This document shows positions 1 through 9,100 of a stretch of DNA of 64,000 nucleotides, one piece after another. Below the pieces are notes generated by a model. That model was not told the origin of the DNA. It saw nothing but the letters and a program-made list of their open reading frames with translations, and made no database searches. Origin of the DNA: Bacilli bacterium (GTDB taxonomy: Bacteria; Bacillota_I; Bacilli_A; RFN20; CAG-826); NCBI GenBank assembly GCA_017477255.1, contig JAFUXB010000003.1, forward strand, positions 19,697 through 83,696, in the 5' to 3' direction. Position 1 is the first letter of the stretch. Each line of letters opens with the position of its first letter. A program made the position numbers and the translations under genes.

Positions 1-79
1 AGCAGAAAAAGCTGCTAAAGAAAACGAAGCTGCTGAACCAGTAGCTGAAGAAGAAGCCCCTGAAGTTGAAGGAGAATAA
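1..79 (+). CDS. rpsB: 30S ribosomal protein S2, C-terminal fragment (gene starts upstream of window)
   Basis: Open frame from nt 2 (AEKAAKENEAAEPVAEEEAPEVEGE*) ending TAA 77-79, directly upstream of tsf as in the conserved rpsB-tsf pair. Only the acidic tail is visible, so the call rests on synteny. Confidence 0.5.
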   Translation, partial: AEKAAKENEAAEPVAEEEAPEVEGE

Positions 80-81
80 TA

Positions 82-942
82 ATGGCAAATATTGAATTAA
101 TCAAAGTTTTAAGAGATAGAACTGGCGCAGGCATGATGGACTGCAAACATGCTCTTGAAGAATGTCATGATGATGTTGATGCAGCATGTGACTGGTTAAG
201 AGAAAAAGGAATTGCTAAAGCTGCTAAAAAAGCTAGCAGAATTGCAGCAGAAGGTTTAACTACTGTATTAGTTTGCAAAGAATGCGGAAAAGCAATCGTT
301 GTCGAAGTTAACTGTGAAACTGATTTCGTTGCTCAAAGTGATCCTTTCAAAGAATTAGTCGCTGAAGTTGCTAAATCACTTTTAAAAGGAAACGTTGCTA
401 ACTTTGAAGAAGGTAAAGCTCTTGTTGAACCATTATTTACTGATGCAACTGTTAAATTAGGTGAAAAATTAACATTAAGAAGATTTGAAATCGTTGAAGG
501 CGGAAACCTTGGTTCATACATTCACATGGGTGGAAAAATTTCAGTATTAGTCGTCTTAAAAGAAGAAAATGCTGAATTAGCAAAAGGTCTTGCAATGCAC
601 ATTGCTGCTAATAATCCAAAATATATTTCACAAGCTGATGTTCCAGCAGAAGTTATTGAATCAGAAACTAAGATTCAATTAGAAGCAGCTAAAAACGATG
701 AAAAATTAAAGAACAAACCAGAAGCAGCTCTTGCTAACATCATTAAAGGTAAAGTTAACAAAGTCTTATCAGAAGTTACTTTATCAGAACAAACTTACTT
801 AATGGATGGTTCAAGAACTGTTAAAGATGTACTTGCTAGTGAAAAGAATGAAGTTTGTAAATTCATTAGATTCCAAGTTGGTGAAGGTCTTGAAAAGAGA
901 GTTGATAACTTTGCTGAAGAAGTTATGGCTCAATCAAAATAA
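82..942 (+). CDS. tsf: Translation elongation factor Ts
   Basis: 286 aa. N-terminal EF-Ts/UBA-like motif LIKVLRDRTGAGMMDCKHAL. GGAG RBS at 71-74. Confidence 0.95.
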   Translation: MANIELIKVLRDRTGAGMMDCKHALEECHDDVDAACDWLREKGIAKAAKKASRIAAEGLTTVLVCKECGKAIVVEVNCETDFVAQSDPFKELVAEVAKSLLKGNVANFEEGKALVEPLFTDATVKLGEKLTLRRFEIVEGGNLGSYIHMGGKISVLVVLKEENAELAKGLAMHIAANNPKYISQADVPAEVIESETKIQLEAAKNDEKLKNKPEAALANIIKGKVNKVLSEVTLSEQTYLMDGSRTVKDVLASEKNEVCKFIRFQVGEGLEKRVDNFAEEVMAQSK

Positions 943-956
943 GAAAATTAATATTA

Positions 957-982
957 AAGGCACACAAAGTTGTGCCTTTTTG
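957..982 (+). terminator. Rho-independent terminator after tsf
   Basis: Stem GGCACA (959-964) / TGTGCC (971-976), followed by a T-run. A TATAAT at 984-989 follows for pyrH. Confidence 0.7.
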
Positions 983-1009
983 TTATAATAACAAAAGAGG
1001 TAAAAAAAT

Positions 1010-1729
1010 ATGGCCAAATACAAAAGGATAATTCTCAAATTAAGTGGAGAAGCTCTTTCTTGTAAAGATGATAGTTCAATTATCGATCCAAACAAACTTG
1101 AAACTATTGCTAAAGCTGTAAAATTAATACATGAAGCAGGAGTTGAAATTGGTATCGTAATTGGTGCTGGTAATATCTTTAGAGGACAATTTGCCGATTC
1201 AATCGGAGTAGATAGAACTAACGGAGATTATATGGGAATGCTTGGTACAATTATAAACTGTATCGCTTTAAGTAGTGCCCTTGAAAGAAATGGGCTCGTT
1301 ACTAGAGTAATGACTGCAGTTGAAGTTAATAAAATTGCAGAACCATATATCTATAAAAAAGCTATTGCTCACTTAAATTGTAATAAAGTTGTTCTTTTTG
1401 CAGGAGGCACAGGAAATCCTTATTTCACAACTGATACATGTGCTGCATTAAGAGCTCTTGAAATAAATGCTGATGCAATTTTAATGGCTAAAAATGGAAT
1501 TGATGGCGTTTATGATAGTGATCCAAGAGTTAATAAAAACGCAAAATTCTTATCAAAACTTACTTATAAACAAGTAATTGATATGGATTTAAAAGTAATG
1601 GATCAAACTGCAATTACAATGTTAATGGGTAGAAATAAAGAAATTAGAGTATTTTCAATGGAAAACGTTGATAACTTTATAAAAGTAGTTAATGGAGAAG
1701 ACATTGGAACTACAATTAAGGAGGATTAA
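1010..1729 (+). CDS. pyrH: UMP kinase
   Basis: 239 aa. KRIILKLSGEAL and GAGNIFRG motifs typical of the amino-acid kinase/UMP kinase family. tsf-pyrH-frr synteny. Confidence 0.95.
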   Translation: MAKYKRIILKLSGEALSCKDDSSIIDPNKLETIAKAVKLIHEAGVEIGIVIGAGNIFRGQFADSIGVDRTNGDYMGMLGTIINCIALSSALERNGLVTRVMTAVEVNKIAEPYIYKKAIAHLNCNKVVLFAGGTGNPYFTTDTCAALRALEINADAILMAKNGIDGVYDSDPRVNKNAKFLSKLTYKQVIDMDLKVMDQTAITMLMGRNKEIRVFSMENVDNFIKVVNGEDIGTTIKED

Positions 1730-1731
1730 TT

Positions 1732-2280
1732 ATGTTAGATCAATATGCTGAATTAGCTAAAGAAGAAATGGAATTAAGCGTTGAAGCATTAAAAGAAGCA
1801 CTTGCTGTTTTAAGAACAGGAAGAGCTAGCGCATCTGTTTTAAATGGTTTACAAGTTGAATATTATGGCGATTTAATGCCAGTTAATCAAATTGCATCAG
1901 TTAAAGTTCCAGAACCACGTCAACTTTTAATCATTCCTTATGATAGAAATGATATCAAAGCAATTGTTGCTGCAATTAATAAAAGTGATATCGGAATTAA
2001 CCCTATCGTTGATGCAAATCAAATTAGACTTGTTTTCCCTGCATTAACTGAAGAAAGAAGAAGAGAATTATCTAAAAAAGCAAAAACAATGAGTGATGAA
2101 TATAAAGTCACAATTAGAAATCTTAGAAGAGATGCAATGGATCAACTCAAAAAAGATGAAAGTTACACTGAAGATACTAAAAAAAGAGCTGAAGAAGACA
2201 TTCAAAAAGTAACTGATGAATACATTGCAAAAATTGAAGTAGTATTTAAAGAAAAAGAAAAAGAAATAATGAGCATTTAA
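1732..2280 (+). CDS. frr: Ribosome recycling factor
   Basis: 182 aa, RRF-like throughout (LRTGRASASVL, IRNLRRDA). Synteny. Confidence 0.95.
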   Translation: MLDQYAELAKEEMELSVEALKEALAVLRTGRASASVLNGLQVEYYGDLMPVNQIASVKVPEPRQLLIIPYDRNDIKAIVAAINKSDIGINPIVDANQIRLVFPALTEERRRELSKKAKTMSDEYKVTIRNLRRDAMDQLKKDESYTEDTKKRAEEDIQKVTDEYIAKIEVVFKEKEKEIMSI

Positions 2281-2281
2281 G

Positions 2282-3286
2282 ATGAATCACGATGAACAAA
2301 TAATAAATACTTTAAGTGTTGATGCTAAAAAGTCATTAAGAAATCGTGTAATCGTCGCAATAATAATGGTTTTAATTGTAGTACCATTACTTTTTGTTGG
2401 TGATTATGGTTTTTATGCACTTGTTTTATTTGTTTGTGCTGTTTCAACTCATGAAATAATTCATACTGTTGATAAAGAAAAGAAATTAAATAAAGCAACA
2501 TATTTTGTTTCTTATTTAGTTACTTTATTACCAATAGCTTTAAATCCGCTTTTTAATAATTTAATTTTAGGATTACCACTTTATGATTTAGTAAGTGGTT
2601 CAATGAATTTATTATTATCTTTTGGATATGTTGCCTATGTAATTATTGTTAATTTTGCTTTATCAATTTTTAATCATCCTAAACTAACAATATCTGATAC
2701 AATGACTGTTTCAATTTTAGAAATTTTAGTCATTTTAGGTGCATTATCTGCATTTTATTTAAGAAATGTTAGTCTTTATGATATTGCAGTTAATAGTGGA
2801 GCAACTGGAGTATATTCAAGTAAAATTAGTTTAGTTGATAGATTTTTAACATCATCAACTTTATTAATTTATGTAATTTTAGGAATCATAATGACTGATT
2901 TATGCGCATATTTTGTAGGTATTTTCTTTGGTAAACACAAAATGTGTCCTCAAATTTCACCTAAAAAAACTTGGGAAGGATTTGTTGGTGGAATAGTTGG
3001 TTCATTTATAATTAGCTCGGCTTTTGCTATTTTATTAGCTGTTTTTAATTACCCAATCTTAGCTCAATTTGATATAGCTCATTTTTATAGGATCTTAATT
3101 GCATCATTCATTATGCCTTTTGTTGCAACAGCAGGAGATCTTGTATTTAGTTTAATTAAAAGACATTATGAAATTAAAGATTTCGGTACTATTTTAGGAA
3201 GTCATGGTGGCTTCTTAGATAGACTTGATAGCATATTTATTACTCTAATTATTGCTTGTTTTATCGTAACATTAGTAAGGCTTTAA
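2282..3286 (+). CDS. cdsA: Phosphatidate cytidylyltransferase (CDP-diglyceride synthase) with long N-terminal membrane region
   Basis: 334 aa polytopic. C-terminal CTP-transferase signature SLIKRHYEIKDFGTILGSHGGFLDRLDS. Confidence 0.85.
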   Translation: MNHDEQIINTLSVDAKKSLRNRVIVAIIMVLIVVPLLFVGDYGFYALVLFVCAVSTHEIIHTVDKEKKLNKATYFVSYLVTLLPIALNPLFNNLILGLPLYDLVSGSMNLLLSFGYVAYVIIVNFALSIFNHPKLTISDTMTVSILEILVILGALSAFYLRNVSLYDIAVNSGATGVYSSKISLVDRFLTSSTLLIYVILGIIMTDLCAYFVGIFFGKHKMCPQISPKKTWEGFVGGIVGSFIISSAFAILLAVFNYPILAQFDIAHFYRILIASFIMPFVATAGDLVFSLIKRHYEIKDFGTILGSHGGFLDRLDSIFITLIIACFIVTLVRL

Positions 3287-3288
3287 TT

Positions 3289-4452
3289 ATGAAAATTATA
3301 CTTTTAGGAGCTAGTGGATCAATTGGTTCACAAACTCTTGAACTTTTAGAAAAATATAAAAATAAGTGGGATTTGCATGGTTTTTCAGTTGGAAATAGAG
3401 TTGAAAAGATACATGAAATCCTTTCTAAATTTGACAAAGTTAAATATATTTGTGTTAAAAATAAAGGTGATTATTTAAAATTAAAAAAGCAATTTCCAAA
3501 TATAAAATTTTATTATGGAGATGAAGGATTAATTAAATTAATTAATTCAAATAAAAATGCTTATGTTTTAAATGCTTTAGTTGGTTTTGTAGGTTTAAAA
3601 CCAACATTAAAAGCATTAAATAATAATCAAACTGTCTTGCTTGCAAACAAAGAATCGATTGTTTGTGGAGGAGATTTAATTAAGGATTTATTAAAGAAAG
3701 GAAAAGGAAAAATCATTCCTATTGATAGTGAACATGTAGCGATTGCTAAATGTTTATATGGGCACGATATTAATGAAGTAGAATCTATTACAATTACAGC
3801 AAGTGGTGGACCATTTTATTTCCTTGGTAAAGATGAATTTAAAAATATTAAATTAGAAGATGCATTAAACCATCCTACATGGAAAATGGGAAATAAAATT
3901 ACAATCGATAGTGCAACGCTTGTTAATAAAACATTTGAAATAATCGAAGCTTTTTATCTTTTTGATATGCCACTAGAAAAAATAAATGTAGTAGTTGATA
4001 GAAAATCTTATGTTCATGGATTTGTTAAATTTAAAGATGGAAGTGTTACTTTAAACGTTTCAAAACCTTCAATGCTTGGTCCAATTGATTATGCTTTAAA
4101 TTTAGGTATACCTTCAAATGGGCAATTTGAAGATCTTGAACAAAACACTTTAGATAAATATGAATTATTACCTTTAGATAAAGAAAAATTTAGCGTAATT
4201 AATAACGCAAACACAGTAATTTTAAATAAAGGAACGTCTGGAACTATCTTAAATGCAGCAAATGAAAAATTAGTAAATTTATTTTTAAATAAGCGCATTA
4301 ATTTTTTGCTAATATATGAATTTATTGATAAAATAATGAATACAACTAGATTTGAAAAATCTAGAAATTATTCGCAACTTAAGAAAATAGATAGTCAAAT
4401 TAAAGAAAGAATTGAGGAGGAGTTGAAAAATGGTAGTTTTATTAACAAATAA
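3289..4452 (+). CDS. dxr: 1-deoxy-D-xylulose 5-phosphate reductoisomerase
   Basis: Start moved to ATG 3289 (MKIILLGASGSIGSQTL NADPH-binding motif), just after the cdsA stop. DSEH and NHPTWKMG motifs present. Confidence 0.85.
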   Translation: MKIILLGASGSIGSQTLELLEKYKNKWDLHGFSVGNRVEKIHEILSKFDKVKYICVKNKGDYLKLKKQFPNIKFYYGDEGLIKLINSNKNAYVLNALVGFVGLKPTLKALNNNQTVLLANKESIVCGGDLIKDLLKKGKGKIIPIDSEHVAIAKCLYGHDINEVESITITASGGPFYFLGKDEFKNIKLEDALNHPTWKMGNKITIDSATLVNKTFEIIEAFYLFDMPLEKINVVVDRKSYVHGFVKFKDGSVTLNVSKPSMLGPIDYALNLGIPSNGQFEDLEQNTLDKYELLPLDKEKFSVINNANTVILNKGTSGTILNAANEKLVNLFLNKRINFLLIYEFIDKIMNTTRFEKSRNYSQLKKIDSQIKERIEEELKNGSFINK

Positions 4453-6145
4453 TCCATTAACAATCATCTTATCGATAATTCTTTTTTTGGTTGCTTTAGG
4501 AATTTTAGTTGCAATCCATGAATTTGGTCATCTTATTGCAGCTAAATCTTTTGGAGTTTATTGTAGTGAATATTCAATTGGATTTGGTCCAAAAATTATA
4601 AAATTCAAAGGAAGAAGCAAAGAAACTCAATATTCTATTGGAGTTTTACCTTTTGGTGGATATGTTGCAATGTATGGTGAAGGCACTGTCATTGATGAAA
4701 ACTTAGAAATTTCTAGAAAAAGATCTCTAGAAGGTATTAAAAGATGGAAAAGATTAATAATAATGGCAGCAGGAGTTACAACTAACTTCATTTTGGCTTT
4801 CATTATTTTCTTTATTTGTGATTCTTGTTTCCCTCAATATAAAGTTAATTATGTAAATGTTATCAGTACTTATAAAAACGAAAATTATAAAACTGATCCT
4901 AAACTTGTAACTACAAATGGTGGAACAATTCCATTTGAACTTGATGGTAAAAAAGTTTTAACTGGAGTTAATTTAACTACTTATGATGCAGAAGGAAAAG
5001 AACAATATAAAATGCCATTTGTATTTAAATCATACGATGCAGTCAATAAAAAATATAATGACTCATATATTTCATATTATGATGAAACTGATGAAGTTAC
5101 AAAATATTTTGTAGTTGGAATTAAATCACAAATCGATTCAATTTATAGTTTAGAAGATTATAGTAATATATTAGTTATTTATCCTGCTGAACAATATGAC
5201 ACAAAATATGTTGTAAAAGATGGAGAAAGTGAAAAAGAAGTAAGTGATAAACTTTATCTTCCAAAAGTTAAAGATAATCAAATTTCAACTTATTCTTTAT
5301 CAGAAGAAATGAATTTCACTGATTTAGAAGTATCTTTAAAAGATATTGATGATGAAACAAACGCAACTTTAACTACAGCTTATTTAAGATTAACTAATAA
5401 AAACCAAAAAAATAAAATCGATAATTTAAACTTTGGTGTTGATTATACAAAATATTGGAATGGCTGGAATTCATTTAAAGCAGCTGGAGAAGATTGGGTC
5501 GAATCAACAACAATTATTAGTAGAACTTTAGTCGGATTATTTGCTGGAAAAGGATGGAATAATGTTGGTGGAGCTATCTCAATTTTCACTCAAACAACAT
5601 CAATTTTAGAAAATAACCCATTCAATTATTACCTTCAAACTTGGGGAATTATTAGCGTAAACCTCGCTTTATTTAATCTTTTACCATTCCCAGGACTTGA
5701 TGGATGGCAAATTTTAGTCACTGTTTTAGAAGGTGCAGTTAATATATTTAAACGTAAAAAATATAACAATGATCATAGAGATGTTGATAAAGAGCAACTT
5801 TTAAAAATTGAAGATTTACAACTCGATATTGAAGAAAATGAAAAGATTTATGAAAGTGTATTAGAGAAAAAATATAATCATGAAGAATTAAAAGCTAAAT
5901 TTGAAGTAGAAGAGCCAGAAAGAGCTGATGAAACCGGAAAAGAACTTAAGTATTATACTAGAGAAAAAGAAAGAGTTTTAGCACTTGAAAATTATCAAAC
6001 TGAAAATAATTTAGAAAACGTTCAACCATTCAAAGAATGGAAGATTCCTGAAAAAGTTAAAGGAATTATTTCAACAGTTGGATTAATTATTTTATTCGCA
6101 TTCATCGTCTTAATTTTAATTAAAGACATCATTAAGCTTTTCTAA
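4430..6145 (+). CDS. rseP: RIP site-2 zinc metalloprotease (RseP/RasP family), atypically long
   Basis: HEFGH in TM1 and NLLPFPGLDG in a later TM. GGAGGAG RBS upstream. 571 aa, with a divergent middle region and a charged insert of about 110 aa before the last TM. Confidence 0.8.
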   Translation: MVVLLTNNPLTIILSIILFLVALGILVAIHEFGHLIAAKSFGVYCSEYSIGFGPKIIKFKGRSKETQYSIGVLPFGGYVAMYGEGTVIDENLEISRKRSLEGIKRWKRLIIMAAGVTTNFILAFIIFFICDSCFPQYKVNYVNVISTYKNENYKTDPKLVTTNGGTIPFELDGKKVLTGVNLTTYDAEGKEQYKMPFVFKSYDAVNKKYNDSYISYYDETDEVTKYFVVGIKSQIDSIYSLEDYSNILVIYPAEQYDTKYVVKDGESEKEVSDKLYLPKVKDNQISTYSLSEEMNFTDLEVSLKDIDDETNATLTTAYLRLTNKNQKNKIDNLNFGVDYTKYWNGWNSFKAAGEDWVESTTIISRTLVGLFAGKGWNNVGGAISIFTQTTSILENNPFNYYLQTWGIISVNLALFNLLPFPGLDGWQILVTVLEGAVNIFKRKKYNNDHRDVDKEQLLKIEDLQLDIEENEKIYESVLEKKYNHEELKAKFEVEEPERADETGKELKYYTREKERVLALENYQTENNLENVQPFKEWKIPEKVKGIISTVGLIILFAFIVLILIKDIIKLF

Positions 6146-6146
6146 T

Positions 6147-9100
6147 ATGGAATTTGAAGTAGATAGTAAAATATTAAGATTTTTAAAATCAATTGGAATT
6201 GAAAATTCAGATCCATATGATTTTAATTTTGTCTCAATCTCAGCTTCTGGAGAAGATAAAAAACATTATTCATATGTTATTCAAAAGTTTTCACCTTGGA
6301 ATTATGCCGATTTAGATAGATTTATTAATGCACTTGGAAATATAACAACTTATACATTCGATTTAAGTTTTATTTATAGTTTTAATTATTCTTTTGATGA
6401 TTTATTACCTTTAATTAAGGAGTGGTATACAAGTAAATTTTTTGAACCTTGTGATTTCTTTGATATTTCATTAAAAGGAAGCGTTTTAAATATTATCCAA
6501 TATAAAGAACATCCAAATTTTGAAGCAAAAATGGATGAATTAATGAGTTTTTTACGTTTTATTGGTCTTTCTTATAATTTAAAAATTACTGAAAAATATA
6601 AAGAAGAAGAGAATAAAAAAGTAGTAATTAATGAAGAAGAAATTGCTAAAGGAAACGAAGAAAACTTTAATCAAATTGTAGAAAAAACAGAAGAAGAAAT
6701 TATTTTAGAAGCAAAAAATAATTATAAATTAATGCTTGAAGAAAGAAAGAATTCCAAAATGTGGAAAAGAGGCGATTATGTCCATGTTTTATGTAGTCAA
6801 ATCGATTCTAATTCACAAAACGTTGATGTTGATGGAAAGATTTTCCAAATTAGTAATAGAGAATTAAAAAATAAAAAAGTAATGTTTAATATTGGTATTT
6901 TTGATGATACCGGTGCAATTACTGTAAAAGCAATTGCAAACAATAATTCAATGCCAATTGAGGTTTTATCTAAATTAGACCCAGGTAAAAATATTAGAGT
7001 TAGAGGCGCAATTGCAATTGATTCTTTTAGAGGGAATAACTACATAAATTGTCACTTTTTAGATCTTTTACCTGATGATGAACTAAGAAATGATGATTAT
7101 GAAGGTAAAAAAAGAGTAGAACTTCATTTACACACTAAAATGAGTGAAATGGATGGAGTTAGTGAAATTGAAGATTATGTCAAACTTGCTAAACACATGG
7201 GCCATGAAGCAATTGCTGTTACAGATCATGGTGTTGTTCAATCATTCCCAAATGCTCAAGAAGTCGCTAAAAAGACTGGAATGAAGATTCTATATGGTTG
7301 CGAACTTTATATGATCGAAGATTATTTAAAGGGTTCAAAAAACGCAACTGATCTTAAATTAAATGATGCAACTTTTGTTTGTTTCGATCTTGAAACTACA
7401 GGTCTTTCAACAACTTATGATAAAATCACTGAATTTGCTGGAGTAAAAATGAGAAATGGTGTCGAAATCGATAGATTAGACATTCTTATTAATCCAGAAA
7501 TGAAAATTCCTGAAAAAATCGTTAAAAAAACTCATATTACAAATGAAATGGTTGCTGATAAACCAACTATTAAAGAAGCTTTACCTTACATTTTAGAGTT
7601 TTTAAAAGGAACAGTTTTAGTATCACATAATATTGAATTCGATTATGGAAAATTAAACGAAGCAATGGTTAATAATGGCTTTGGTGAATTAAATATGCCT
7701 GCCATTGATACTTTAGATTTATCAAAATTTATTTTCCCATCATCTTTAAAACATTCACTTGGTGCTTTAAGTAAAAGACTTGAAATTGTTTATGATGATG
7801 AAGATGCACATAGAGCCGATTATGACGCACAAGTTTTAGCAAAATGTTTCCCATTAATTACTGATAAATTAAAAGAAATATTTAAAGATTGCACATTAAA
7901 AGACATTGAAAGACTTCAAATGCCTAAAGAATTATTTAAAGCTAGAACATTTAAAACAAATCATGTTGTGGTTTTATGTAGAAATCAAAAAGGATTAAAA
8001 GATTTATACGAAATTGTTAGTACATCCCACATTGAATATATGGGAAATATTCCTTTAACTCCACGTTCACTTATTGAAAAATATAGAGATACATTAATTG
8101 TTGGAAGTGCATGTTTTAATGGCGATGTATTTTATGCTGCTAGAAATTTAAGTAAAAAAGATTTAAGAGAAAGAATAAAATTCTACGATTATATCGAAAT
8201 TCAACCTTTAGAAAATTATTCATATTTAATTAATATGGGTGAAGTTGATAGTGTTGAAGAACTTAAAAAATATTTAACTGATATTGTAACTATTGCAAAA
8301 GAAGAAAATAAATTAATTTGTGCAACTGGAGATTGTCATTATTGCAATCCAAAAGATAAAGTTTATAGAGACATTTTCATTGCTAACCAAGCAGTTGGTG
8401 GATTTAATCATCCTTTGTACCCATTTGCTAGACAAAAAATGCCTCATTTTGAAAACCCAGATCAACATTATAGATCAACCACTGAAATGCTTGATGCTTT
8501 TAGTTGGCTTGGTGAAAAAGATGCATATGAATTTGTAGTTGAAAATACAAATAAAATTGCAGAAATGTGCGAATTTATTAAACCAATTCCTGATGGAATT
8601 TTCCCTCCAGAAATTGAAAACTGTTCTAATTTATTACGTGAATTATGCTATGAAAATTTACATAAATATTATGGAGAAAATCCTTTACCTGAAATTAAAG
8701 AAAGATTAGATAATGAGTTAAACGGTATTATTAATAACGGCTATAGCGTTACTTATTATATTGCTCATAAACTTGTTAAATTATCGAATGATGCAGGTTA
8801 TATTGTTGGAAGTCGTGGATCTGTTGGTTCATCATTTGCTGCAACAATGGCTGGAATTACAGAAGTTAATCCATTAGCACCACATTATAGATGTCCAAAT
8901 TGTAAACATACTGAATTTTATAAAGGTAATGAATATCGTGATGGTTATGATTTACCTGATAAATTCTGCCCTGAATGTGGAACTTTAATGATTGGTGATG
9001 GACATAATATTCCATTCCAAACATTCTTAGGATTTAATGCTGAAAAAGTTCCAGATATTGACTTAAATTTCCCTGCAGATTATCAATCTACAGCTTTTGA

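Noticed and set aside
333-521. Short antisense or alternative-frame ORFs from the six-frame track embedded in long conserved genes. Examples: 333-521, 806-988, 4089-4298, 8320-8538, 11209-11493, 13123-13317, 15495-15695, 17126-17404, 20000-20221, 21430-21672, 22034-22237, 22425-22712, 25250-25444, 29563-29748, 33659-33937, 37773-38048, 39443-39679, 41339-41533, 43150-43479, 43846-44151, 45024-45272, 46158-46346, 47109-47336, 48982-49188, 49925-50119, 53140-53334, 54192-54392, 63278-63580.
   Set aside because: Each lies wholly inside, or largely overlaps, a longer ORF with clear family motifs. They lack an RBS and have low-complexity translations typical of AT-rich off-frame reading, so they are treated as spurious.
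9068-9080. Partial core matches: TTTCCCTGCAGAT in polC (9068-9080), ATCCTGCAAAG at 20893-20903, GATGCAGGGA at 61611-61620, and PstI sites at ~33685 and ~37835.
   Set aside because: Only 6-9 nt of the core match, with no flank similarity. In polC and atpD the sequence encodes conserved FPAD/VPAD residues. These are treated as coincidental.
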